The notes under the pieces are model-generated. The model was not told the DNA's origin. It saw only the letters and a program-made list of their open reading frames with translations, and made no database searches. A stretch of 64,000 nt of DNA from assembly GCA_047626195.1 (NCBI GenBank), contig JBLHSN010000002.1, positions 229 through 64,228 of the forward strand, read 5' to 3'. Made by a program: the position numbers and the translations under genes. Positions 47,022-55,331 of the stretch are shown here, piece by piece. Source of the stretch: Myxococcota bacterium (lineage in GTDB: Bacteria; Myxococcota_A; UBA796; GCA-2862545). How positions within the stretch are numbered: position 1 is the stretch's first letter; each line of letters starts with the position of its first letter.

Positions 47022-47065
47022 AAAAACGCCGCGTTGCCATCACTGGCAACGCGGCGTTTCGTTTT
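47022..47065. terminator. bidirectional rho-independent terminator
   Basis: Perfect 15-16 bp stem: aacgccgcgttgcca (47025-47039), loop tcac, tggcaacgcggcgtt (47044-47058). It is flanked by an A-run upstream and tcgtttt downstream. It sits between convergent serA and the NYN gene, 12 nt from the NYN stop. Confidence 0.7.
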
Positions 47066-47076
47066 ACACGGACGAC

Positions 47077-49047
47077 TTATTCAGCAGCTTTCTTCTTGGC
47101 TGGAGCGCGGCGGCGGCGAGGCTTAGCTTTGGGCTTTTCTTCCGCGTCATCCGCAACGAGCAGGTCGTCGGTTGCGTCTTCGGTGGTGGTGGCCGCTTTC
47201 TTGGCGGCAGCCTTTTTCTTGGCGGGCTTGCGCTTGCGAGCCGGCTTCTTCTTGGGCTTTGCTTCTGCCTTGGGTTCGTCGTCCGCAACGAGCAGGTCGT
47301 CCGCAACGAGCAGGTCGTCCGCAACGAGCAGGTCGTCTGCAACGAGCAGGTCGTCATCAGCAACTTCCACCTTGGCAACCACCTTCTTGGCAGGGACCTT
47401 GCGCTTGCGAGCTGGCTTCTTCTTGGGCTTCGCTTCAACCTTAGGCTCATCTTCCATGATGAGCAGGTCGTCTTCGACCTTGGGCTCGTCTTCGGTAACG
47501 AGCAGGTCGTCTTCGACCTTGGGCTCGTCTTCGGTAACGAGCAGGTCGTCTTCCACGAGGAACATGTCGTCGCTGACTTCGACTGCGGCCTTCTTGGCAG
47601 GCGCCTTACGCTTGCGAGCGGGCCTCTTTGTAGCGGCTTCTTCTGCCCACGGGGAACTGGCCTGGGCAGGCGCAGCAGGCGCAGTAGACTCGGCAGGCGA
47701 ACCACCGTCGACTGAGAGCAGGTCATCAATGGCCGACATGTCGGCGTCACTCGGCTGGTCAAGCCAGGCCAGAGTCTCCTGGATGGTGCGGTCACGGCCA
47801 GAGTTGCCGAGGAAGATATCAGCGAGACCCTTGGTATTGCTGAGGTCTGCGCCGATCGACTTCAGGGTCTCGAGGTAGAGATTCGTGAGCAGAATGTTCA
47901 TCTGCTCCGGGTTCTTCTCGAGGTTGAATGGAGCGGATGCGGTGCGAACGGGGGTTCCATCACGGTGCATGAACACGTGGGTGTTCATCAGCGCATCAAA
48001 CACGCTGCGCAGTGCGCTTGCGGGAAGGTCGCTGTGGGTCTTGGAGATACGGCGACGAACATCTTCGCGGACGAACTGGATGTTGTTGCGACGCTTGCGA
48101 CGCTCACGGTCCGTGACCACGGCCTCAAGGGCTTCCAGGATGGACATACGCGTCGGAGCGGCGAGAGGGTTGTAGCCTTCCTTCGCCAATGCCTCGATGA
48201 CCCACTCCATGCCGTTCGGACAGTAGGGGTCGACGTACGGACCTTCTTGGGTCGGGGCAATGTCGACATCGGGCTCGGATTCGACGCCGTTGTCCACAAG
48301 GTCGACCAAGTAGCCGCCCTGCTTGCTGTTCTGGCTCAGGCGGATGGCGCCAGCCTTCTTGGCGGCTTCGAGGAAACGCGTCCATGAGCTGAAGCCGTAG
48401 TCGCCTTCCGAGAAGTCTGGAACCCGGCGGAGCAGAGCACCCTTGACGACGGAAGCGTTGGGGGTGTTTGAGCTCTCGCGGAGCAGGCCTTCGAGAGCTT
48501 CAACCAAGATGGCAAACGCGGCCTGCTTGCTGCTCGGAGCTTCGGTGCGTGCGCGTGAGCGGCTGCGGGACTTCTTCTTGTGAGCGACAATGCTGTCGTA
48601 GAAGATGAACTCGTCGCACGCCTGGATGAGCAGGCGTGAGGTACTTGACCGTGTACCAATGCCGATGATGCGCTTGTTCATCTCGCGCATCTTCAGGACG
48701 AGCGGGGTGAAGTCACTGTCTCCGCTGACGATCACGTAGGTGTCGATGTAGTCGCGGGTAAATGCGAGCTCTAGGGCGTCGACGACCATGGCGATGTCGG
48801 CGCGGTTTTTGTCGTGCATGCCGTGGCTGGTCAGCTCGTACATGGTGACGTTGGCTTTGAGCAAACCCTGCTTGAAGCGCGCGAAACGGCCCCAGTCAGC
48901 GTAGGAACGGGCGACGAGTACGCGGCCCTTGTCCTTGATTCGTTCGAGAACAGCGTCGATGTCGAATCGGCCCAGGTTTTCCTTCTCGGTACCCGCGGCT
49001 ACGTTTTCAAAATCGATCAAGACTGCTAGATTGGCTTCCATTTTCAT
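47077..49047 (-). CDS. NYN (LabA-like) domain protein with OST-HTH/LOTUS domains and a repetitive acidic/basic tail
   Basis: 656 aa. NYN motifs AVLIDFENV, ADIAMVVDA, VIVSGDSDFTPLV. LOTUS-like segments follow (AFAILVEALEGLL...GFSSWTRFLEAAKKAG). The C-terminal ~190 aa consist of DDLLV(A/T) and KPKKKPARKRK modules. Confidence 0.8.
   Translation of the reverse strand: MKMEANLAVLIDFENVAAGTEKENLGRFDIDAVLERIKDKGRVLVARSYADWGRFARFKQGLLKANVTMYELTSHGMHDKNRADIAMVVDALELAFTRDYIDTYVIVSGDSDFTPLVLKMREMNKRIIGIGTRSSTSRLLIQACDEFIFYDSIVAHKKKSRSRSRARTEAPSSKQAAFAILVEALEGLLRESSNTPNASVVKGALLRRVPDFSEGDYGFSSWTRFLEAAKKAGAIRLSQNSKQGGYLVDLVDNGVESEPDVDIAPTQEGPYVDPYCPNGMEWVIEALAKEGYNPLAAPTRMSILEALEAVVTDRERRKRRNNIQFVREDVRRRISKTHSDLPASALRSVFDALMNTHVFMHRDGTPVRTASAPFNLEKNPEQMNILLTNLYLETLKSIGADLSNTKGLADIFLGNSGRDRTIQETLAWLDQPSDADMSAIDDLLSVDGGSPAESTAPAAPAQASSPWAEEAATKRPARKRKAPAKKAAVEVSDDMFLVEDDLLVTEDEPKVEDDLLVTEDEPKVEDDLLIMEDEPKVEAKPKKKPARKRKVPAKKVVAKVEVADDDLLVADDLLVADDLLVADDLLVADDEPKAEAKPKKKPARKRKPAKKKAAAKKAATTTEDATDDLLVADDAEEKPKAKPRRRRAPAKKKAAE
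47281..47352. repeat. 4 x 18-bp perfect/near-perfect tandem repeat (encodes DDLLVA x4 on the minus strand)
   Basis: gtccgcaacgagcaggtc occurs three times and gtctgcaacgagcaggtc once, head to tail. A further copy lies at about 47149-47168. Confidence 0.95.
47461..47553. repeat. 2.4 x 39-bp tandem repeat (encodes EDDLLVTEDEPKV units)
   Basis: gagcaggtcgtcttcgaccttgggctcgtcttcggtaac occurs at 47461-47499 and 47500-47538, followed by a partial third copy. There is also a ~170-bp higher-order repeat of cttgcgcttgcgagcNggcttcttcttgggctt (47228 and 47398). Confidence 0.9.
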
Positions 49048-49296
49048 GGCTCCGCACGACGGTGCGTATGTTAAAATTCCCCAAGGCCACTGCCCGTAGC
49101 GCGAACCCCAATGTGGAGGTCAGGTACGAGTGGCACAACCGTACGCGGTGCCTTGAGGGATGTGTCGAGCCCGTCTAGTGTCGACACGCGCGGGATATAA
49201 TCCGGTGCGATCGGTTGCACCACATTCCGTGTGGACACACTGCGACCGGCGGATGTTGTTCATCGGCATTACCCGTGCGCGTCCCCGGGAGGTCTT

Positions 49297-50124
49297 ATGT
49301 CCTTTGATGCGTTTGCTGGAACCGACGACTACATTGCTGACGACGGCCTCTTGGCCTCGGTCAATGCGGCGATTGCGCTACAGCGGCCGCTGCTTGTGAA
49401 AGGGGAACCGGGCACCGGCAAGACGATGCTGGCGCGTGCTGTGGCAGCGTCCCTCGACATGTCGCTGCTGTCGTGGCACGTGAAGTCGACGACAAAAGCG
49501 GTCGATGGTCAGTACACCTACGATGTCGTCCAACGTCTAAACGACAGTCGGTTCGGCGATGCTGATGTCGCAGATATTCGCAACTACATCCGCCTCGGCG
49601 TCATGGGCCAAGCCTTCGCGAGCGACAAGCGGGTCGTGCTGCTCATTGACGAGATTGACAAGGCTGACATGGAGTTTCCGAACGACCTTCTTCGCGAGCT
49701 GGACGAGATGGCCTTTCACATTCCAGAGCTTGACGAGACCGTCTCGGCCAAGCATCGCCCTGTCGTCATCATCACGTCCAACGCCGAAAAGGAACTACCG
49801 GACGCTTTCTTGCGCCGCTGCGTTTTCCACTTCATCTCATTCCCTGAGCGGGCTCAGATGGAACAGATTGTCCGTGTACACCATCCGAACCTCGACCAAG
49901 CGCTCATGGATCGAGCTCTCGATAGGTTCTTTGCGTTCCGAAAGACAACAGGATTGCGCAAGCCGCCTTCAACGTCTGAGCTCGTGGACTGGCTCACGGT
50001 GCTGTCGCATGCTGGCGTAGATGTGGAGTCCGTGCAGTCTGGTGACCCGTTTTTGGGCGTGTTGTTCAAGCAGGAGCAAGACCTTGTGGCCGCGACCGCA
50101 CCGAAGCGTCGGACGCTGTACTAG
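49297..50124 (+). CDS. MoxR-like AAA+ ATPase
   Basis: ATG 49297 with GGGAGG upstream. Walker A GEPGTGKT, Walker B VVLLIDEIDKA, TSNAEKELPDAFLRRC. 275 aa. Confidence 0.85.
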   Translation: MSFDAFAGTDDYIADDGLLASVNAAIALQRPLLVKGEPGTGKTMLARAVAASLDMSLLSWHVKSTTKAVDGQYTYDVVQRLNDSRFGDADVADIRNYIRLGVMGQAFASDKRVVLLIDEIDKADMEFPNDLLRELDEMAFHIPELDETVSAKHRPVVIITSNAEKELPDAFLRRCVFHFISFPERAQMEQIVRVHHPNLDQALMDRALDRFFAFRKTTGLRKPPSTSELVDWLTVLSHAGVDVESVQSGDPFLGVLFKQEQDLVAATAPKRRTLY

Positions 50125-51273
50125 ATGTTCATTGAGCTGCTCATCAGCGCTCGCGCTCGCGGACTATCTGTTGGGATTGGTGAACACCTGACCTTGCTCG
50201 AAGCCCTCTCTAAAGGAGTGGCAACGAACATCGACGGTCTTTACCACCTCGGGCGCGCCATCTACTGCCGTTCGGAGACCGAGTATGACGCCTGGGACCT
50301 CGCGTTTGCTGAGACCTTCCAGGATGCAACGCTCCCGCCGGACCTGCGTGAGAACTTGGTGCAGTGGCTGGAACAGGCGGCTGAGCGAGAGGCGAAGGCC
50401 GAGGGGGACTGGACTCACCTGGACCGCGATGAGCTGCTCAAAAAGTTTCTAGAGCGTTTGGCCGAACAGAAAGAACGCCACGATGGCGGCAATCACTGGA
50501 TTGGGACCAAGGGCACCAGCCCTTTCGGACACAGTGGGAACGCGAAAGGCGGCATGCGCGTTGGCGGTGCGGGTGGGGGGCGACAGGCGATGAATATGGC
50601 GCTGGAGCGTCGCTGGGAGGGGTACAGGACGGACCGCGTATTGGATATTCGGGATCTACAGGTCGTCTTGCGTACGCTGCGAGACCTGGGCCGGGTGGGG
50701 CGGGTCGAGCTGGACCTTGACGAGACGATTGACCAGACTGCGAAGAACGCAGGCGATATCGAGATCGTCGAGCGGCGTGAGCGAAAAAATCGCTTGGACG
50801 TCGTGTTGCTCATGGATGCCGGTGGGTCCATGGGTCCGCATTCGCGCCGAGTAGAGCAGCTGTTCACCGCAGCGAGCAAGCTGGATACCTTCAAGTCATT
50901 TGCGGCGTATACCTTTCATAACTGCATTTATCGCTGGTTGTATAAAGACGAAGGCCAGCCCGACCGTCTGCCGACCCACGAAGTGCTGGCCAATCTCAAG
51001 CCCCATACTCGCCTTGTTTTTGTCGGGGACGCGTCCATGGCGCCCTATGAATTGTTCAGCGGGATGAGCTGGCCGGGTGAAGATTCACTTTCTGGGATCG
51101 AGTGGCTTCGTAGGTTTAAAGGTCGTTGTCCGGCAAGCGTCTGGCTCAACCCCGATCCGCCCCGTTTGTGGCGCCATCCGACCGTGTCGGCAATCGGCGG
51201 GATCTTCCCCATGTATGAGCTGACAGTTTCGGGAATGCGCGACGCAGTAAAAACGCTTCGCGTCCCTGTGTGA
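50125..51273 (+). CDS. VWA domain protein (CoxE-like partner of MoxR)
   Basis: Starts directly after the MoxR stop. 382 aa. MIDAS-like VVLLMDAGGSMG. The C-terminal VWA fold and gene order match CoxD/CoxE-type pairs. Confidence 0.7.
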   Translation: MFIELLISARARGLSVGIGEHLTLLEALSKGVATNIDGLYHLGRAIYCRSETEYDAWDLAFAETFQDATLPPDLRENLVQWLEQAAEREAKAEGDWTHLDRDELLKKFLERLAEQKERHDGGNHWIGTKGTSPFGHSGNAKGGMRVGGAGGGRQAMNMALERRWEGYRTDRVLDIRDLQVVLRTLRDLGRVGRVELDLDETIDQTAKNAGDIEIVERRERKNRLDVVLLMDAGGSMGPHSRRVEQLFTAASKLDTFKSFAAYTFHNCIYRWLYKDEGQPDRLPTHEVLANLKPHTRLVFVGDASMAPYELFSGMSWPGEDSLSGIEWLRRFKGRCPASVWLNPDPPRLWRHPTVSAIGGIFPMYELTVSGMRDAVKTLRVPV

Positions 51274-51308
51274 CGACTGAGGCCAAACCGTTTATACGGC
51301 TGGTGTTC

Positions 51309-51384
51309 TGGGGCGTCGTCAAGTGGTAAAGACACCAGGTTTTGATCCTGGTATGCGTAGGTTCGAATCCTACCGCCCCAGCCA
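51309..51384 (+). tRNA. tRNA-Gln (anticodon UUG)
   Basis: Cloverleaf read by hand: acceptor TGGGGCG/CGCCCCA; anticodon stem CCAGG/CCTGG with loop TTTTGAT (anticodon TTG); T-arm GTAGG-TTCGAAT-CCTAC; discriminator G; encoded CCA. Close to E. coli tRNA-Gln. Confidence 0.9.
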
Positions 51385-51448
51385 CTTCCCGCGATGAAGC
51401 GTCCGCACCGTTCGGGGTGCGGGCGCGTCGCATGCTCCGGGAGTCGCT

Positions 51449-52402
51449 ATGCACGGTGAAATGGTTTTGGTCACCGGCACAGCCAACCCGAGGCTCGCAG
51501 CGAGCATCGCAGGTTGTCTTGGCCATCCTTTAGCAGACGCCAATGTCGGTCGCTTCTCGGACGGGGAAACCCGGGTGGAGTTGGGGCAAAACGTGCGCGG
51601 CAGGGATGTGTTCATCATCCAGCCGAGCTCGGCGCCGGCCAACGACAACCTCATGGAGTTGTTGATCATGGCCGAGGCGTGTAAACGCTCGTCGGCGGGT
51701 CGGATCACAGCGGTCATGCCGTACTTCGGCTACGCGCGTCAGGACCGAAAGGTCGCACCTCGGGCACCCATTACCGCCCGTCTCGTCGCGGACTTGATTC
51801 AGGCGTCTGGGGTGGAGCGCGTGTTGACCATGGACCTGCATGCTGGGCAGATTCAAGGGTTCTTCAACATTCCCGTCGACAACCTGTACGCGCAGCCTGT
51901 GCTGCTCAAGTACATACGTGAGAACTTGCTCACGAACGACACCATTATTGTCTCGCCTGACGCTGGCGGCACCGAGCGAGCTCGTAGCTACGCCAAGTAC
52001 CTCGGCTGTGAGATTGCGATTGTCGATAAGCGCCGCCAACGCGCCAATGAGTCGGAAGTGATGAATGTGGTTGGCGACGTCAAGGGCCGCCGCTGCATCC
52101 TCATCGACGACATGATTGACACGGCTGGAACGCTCACGAAAGCCGGTGTGGCTCTCAAAGAACAAGGCGCGAAGTCGGTGTTCGCCGTTGCTACCCATCC
52201 CGTTCTCTCGGGCAACGCTTTGGCGCGGCTTGAAGAGTCGGTGTTTGAAGAAGTCTGCGTGACAGACGGCATTCCACTGCGCCCCGAGCTGGCAGAGCTG
52301 CCCATGCTCAAGGTGTTGTCTGTCGCCGACTTGTTTGCCCAAGCCATCCGCAGCATCCACTTCAACGACTCGATTAGTCGGCTCTTCCTGGAAGGCGGCT
52401 GA
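51449..52402 (+). CDS. prs: ribose-phosphate pyrophosphokinase
   Basis: 317 aa. GTANPRLA, FSDGE, YARQDRK, DLHAGQIQGFF, and PRPP loop ILIDDMIDTAGT. Confidence 0.95.
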   Translation: MHGEMVLVTGTANPRLAASIAGCLGHPLADANVGRFSDGETRVELGQNVRGRDVFIIQPSSAPANDNLMELLIMAEACKRSSAGRITAVMPYFGYARQDRKVAPRAPITARLVADLIQASGVERVLTMDLHAGQIQGFFNIPVDNLYAQPVLLKYIRENLLTNDTIIVSPDAGGTERARSYAKYLGCEIAIVDKRRQRANESEVMNVVGDVKGRRCILIDDMIDTAGTLTKAGVALKEQGAKSVFAVATHPVLSGNALARLEESVFEEVCVTDGIPLRPELAELPMLKVLSVADLFAQAIRSIHFNDSISRLFLEGG

Positions 52403-52861
52403 TCTCGTCGTTGATGGTGATGAGGTCGGAGATCTTGGTCGTTTGGGACGTCCGCTGTGAGCGTTTGCTGCTCGCTGCGCCGTAATTTCTGCGGCAGGAC
52501 GCTCCTTTCCGTGTGGACTCCGTCAACGGTATGAGGCTGGAAGTTGCGGCAGGCTGCTCCATCAGAGACAGCTTGTCGGCAACGCCTGAAGGCTAACGGC
52601 CGATAGCGGAATGCGCGGCTAGCAGCCGACACTCACCACACGACGGTGTCGATTGACACAGCCGCGTGGCGCGTTAGGACGCGCCGCTGCCGGGGCGTGG
52701 GTCTCGGCTTTTTAGGTCTGTAGCTGTCCCGGTACGCCCAGAGCGCACCCGCGAGTCCATGGGGCGGAAGGTAGTCTTGGAGAATTCTCCTAGGTTCCTT
52801 GCGTCTTGCTTTGGTGTCGCGGTTTGCCGATGGGAGTCGGGAGCAGCCCCAAGGAGACTCC

Positions 52862-53470
52862 ATGGACACCAACATGAATGCCACTGTTCGCACGAACGAT
52901 GTGGGCAAGGGCGCAGCCCGTAAGCTGCGCGCCGCTGGCCGCCTTCCCGCCGTTGTGTACGCACAAGGCGCGGAAGCAACGGCGATTCACATCGATCCGC
53001 TGACGCTCACCACGATTTTCCGCAAGACGGAAAACCGCAACACCATCATCCATCTGGAAATCGATGGTGAATCGGTTCCGTGCCTCGTGCGTGACGCTCA
53101 GCGTCATCCACTCACGCGCGAAATCCTTCACGTCGACTTCTACCGGTTGGCAGCAGGCCAGTCGGTCACGGTCGACGTCCCGCTCGAGCCTACCGGCCGT
53201 CCGGAAGGCGCTTCGCTCGGTGGCCGCTTGCGCGTCATCCGTCGCACGGTTCCGGTCCGCTCGGACTGGTCTGCCATCCCTGCGACTCTTCCTGTTGATG
53301 TCTCTCCGATGATCATCGGCGACTTCATCACGATCTCCCAAGTTGCGACCCCAGACGGTGTCGAGATTCTCTTCGAATCTGATTTCAACGTCCTGTCGGT
53401 CTACGGCAAGAAGGGCGGAGACAAGAAGACGGAAGATGAAGCCGAGTCGGCTGCGGCCGCCAAGGCTTAG
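52862..53470 (+). CDS. rplY: 50S ribosomal protein L25/general stress protein Ctc
   Basis: ATG 52862 with AAGGAGA upstream. ARKLRAAGRLPAVVY, HPLTREILHVDF. 202 aa with an acidic tail. Confidence 0.9.
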   Translation: MDTNMNATVRTNDVGKGAARKLRAAGRLPAVVYAQGAEATAIHIDPLTLTTIFRKTENRNTIIHLEIDGESVPCLVRDAQRHPLTREILHVDFYRLAAGQSVTVDVPLEPTGRPEGASLGGRLRVIRRTVPVRSDWSAIPATLPVDVSPMIIGDFITISQVATPDGVEILFESDFNVLSVYGKKGGDKKTEDEAESAAAAKA

Positions 53471-53472
53471 TC

Positions 53473-54066
53473 ATGTTCTTGGTGCTCGGCCTCGGCAATC
53501 CAGGTCGCAAGTACGCATCGACGCGTCACAACGTCGGCTTTCTTGCGATTGAACGCCTTGCTGAGCGCTGGTCCGCACCCGCCGACAAGAAGCACCTAGG
53601 TGCTCTTGTGGGCAAGGCGCTTATCGCGTCCCAATCGGCCACTTTGGCCATGCCACAGTCATTCATGAATCTCTCCGGTCAGCCCGCTGCCTCCTTGAAA
53701 GGTTATTTCAAGGTCCAAAATGAGAAGATCGTTGTCATCCATGATGACCTCGACATTCCATTTGGCGATGTGCGGGTGAAGGTCGGTGGGGGACATGGCG
53801 GGCACAATGGTTTGCGGGACCTGAATAAGTGTATTGGTGCTGACTACACCCGGATTCGCGTGGGTGTCTCTCGTCCTCCCGAGGGCTGGGACACCGCCGA
53901 CTATGTGTTGGGCAAGTGGAGCACGGACGAGGCAAATCGCCTCGCCGACGTCGTCGATGACGCTGCAGATGCGGCCGAGGCTGTCCTTCGGGACGGTGTC
54001 ATGGCAGCCATGAACCACTTCAATACACGTGGCCGGACACAGCAAAGCGCTGGCGGTTCCGCATGA
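53473..54066 (+). CDS. pth: peptidyl-tRNA hydrolase
   Basis: LVLGLGNPGRKYASTRHNVGF, MNLSGQ, VIHDDLD, GGHGGHNGLRD. Confidence 0.95.
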   Translation: MFLVLGLGNPGRKYASTRHNVGFLAIERLAERWSAPADKKHLGALVGKALIASQSATLAMPQSFMNLSGQPAASLKGYFKVQNEKIVVIHDDLDIPFGDVRVKVGGGHGGHNGLRDLNKCIGADYTRIRVGVSRPPEGWDTADYVLGKWSTDEANRLADVVDDAADAAEAVLRDGVMAAMNHFNTRGRTQQSAGGSA

Positions 54067-54221
54067 ATTATGATTGCTCAACGTTTCCAGGTATGTCTGC
54101 GCATCGCGGCATGCCGATCACTGATTTGGCGTCAGGGCTGTGTTGCAGCCTGGGCGACCTCTGAATCCTCCTCGGGAGCGCTGACCGGCGTTCCCCGAAT
54201 TTTGACCACGTGGAGGGTCTT

Positions 54222-54761
54222 TTGACCATCAACGAATACGAACTCGTCCTCATCCTTCGCCCCGACCTCGATGAGGCCGCGACGACTGAGATTCTCGAAA
54301 AGATCGAGACCAATATCACCGACCACGAGGGCACTCTCCTCGTCCGCGACGACTGGGGCCAACGCAAGATGGCCTACGAGATCCAAAACCACCAAAAGGG
54401 TCGTTACGTTCTCGAGAAGTTCCTGTCGAGCCCGGATCTCATCGTGGAAATTGAGCGTCGCCTTCGCATCGAAGAGCGCGTGATTCGCTTCCTCACCGTC
54501 CGCAAGCCGGGCGCCGTGGATGTCGAAACCCGCCTTGCCGAAGCCACGGAAGAACGCACCAAGTTGGCTGAAGAAGCTGCCAAGCGCGAAGCTGAAGCCG
54601 CTGCCCAGGCACAGTACGAAGTGGAAGCCAAGGCTGCCCGCGAAGCTGCCGCCAAGTTTGAGGCCACCCAGGCCGCTGCTGCTGCCGCCGCCAGTGACGA
54701 CGACGACAGCGACGACACCAACAACACCGACGAGGCAGCTGGCGAACAAGCCAGCGCCTAG
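54222..54761 (+). CDS. rpsF: 30S ribosomal protein S6 with long Ala/Glu-rich acidic C-terminal extension
   Basis: I prefer the TTG at 54222 (GGAGGG 5 nt upstream); the alternative is GTG 54210. INEYELVLILRPDL...WGQRKMAYEI. About 85 extra C-terminal residues end in SDDDDSDD... Confidence 0.85.
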   Translation: MTINEYELVLILRPDLDEAATTEILEKIETNITDHEGTLLVRDDWGQRKMAYEIQNHQKGRYVLEKFLSSPDLIVEIERRLRIEERVIRFLTVRKPGAVDVETRLAEATEERTKLAEEAAKREAEAAAQAQYEVEAKAAREAAAKFEATQAAAAAAASDDDDSDDTNNTDEAAGEQASA

Positions 54762-54788
54762 TTCAACCCCGAATACGAGGACATACTC

Positions 54789-55232
54789 ATGCGAGTCATC
54801 CTGAATCAGGAAGTAAAGAACCTCGGTGACGCTGGCGATATCGTCAAAGTCGCCGCGGGGTACGGACGCAATTTCCTCTTGCCGCGCGGCCTTGCCGTGC
54901 TTGCAAGCGAGGGGACGGTTGCTCAAGCCGCACACGCTGCCAACGTTGCCGACGCCATTCGTCGTAAGCAACTCTCGGGCTCCAAGGCAATCGCCGAGAA
55001 GCTCGCTGAAACGGCAGTCACCATCCGCCGCGAAGCCGGTGATGACGACAAGCTGTTCGGCTCGGTCACCAACCGCGACATTGCTGAGGCGCTCGCCGCC
55101 GAAGGCGTCGAGTTGGACCGTCGCTTGATCGAAGTTGCAGAGCCCATCCGCAACATCGGCTTGTTCACGGTTCCCGTGCGCTTGCATCGTGATGTGGAAG
55201 CTAGCGTTCGCGTTTACGTCATCCGGGCGTGA
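54789..55232 (+). CDS. rplI: 50S ribosomal protein L9
   Basis: MRVILNQEVKNLGDAGDIVKVAAGYGRNFLLPRGLA. 147 aa. Confidence 0.9.
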   Translation: MRVILNQEVKNLGDAGDIVKVAAGYGRNFLLPRGLAVLASEGTVAQAAHAANVADAIRRKQLSGSKAIAEKLAETAVTIRREAGDDDKLFGSVTNRDIAEALAAEGVELDRRLIEVAEPIRNIGLFTVPVRLHRDVEASVRVYVIRA

Positions 55233-55284
55233 TGCATCTGTAATGACGGGCTGGGCATTGCTCGGCCATGTCGATACGTCTTGG

Positions 55285-55324
55285 GCCCGCTGCGCAGTTG
55301 TGCAGCGGGCTCATGCTGTTTGTG
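55285..55324 (+). terminator. candidate hairpin terminator/attenuator between rplI and dnaB
   Basis: Perfect 9-bp stem gcccgctgc (55285-55293) / gcagcgggc (55302-55310), followed by tcatgctgtttgtg. It lies 22 nt before the dnaB ATG. Confidence 0.4.
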
Positions 55325-55331
55325 AGGGTAC

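Noticed and set aside
47281-47352. Possible CRISPR-like array (identical 18-bp direct repeats)
   Set aside because: The repeats are head-to-tail with no spacers, have a period divisible by 3, and lie inside a CDS. No cas genes are present. This is a coding tandem repeat.
46984-47878. Two plus-strand ORFs (243 and 294 aa) with striking internal repeats (NEQVV..., SATSRS...)
   Set aside because: They are mirror-frame readings of the tandem repeats in the minus-strand NYN gene. Only the minus frame is continuous with a recognisable NYN/LOTUS core and ends at a strong terminator.
49263-49278. Weak sigma-54-like element (cGGCATtacccgTGCg) upstream of the MoxR gene
   Set aside because: It matches only 8 of 11 consensus positions. 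The predicted transcription start would fall on or after the SD (49287-49292), leaving no functional leader.
51274-51448. tRNA-Gln as an integration hotspot (prophage or genomic island)
   Set aside because: No integrase, no direct repeat of the tRNA 3' end, and no phage genes on either side. The downstream genes are prs, rplY and pth.
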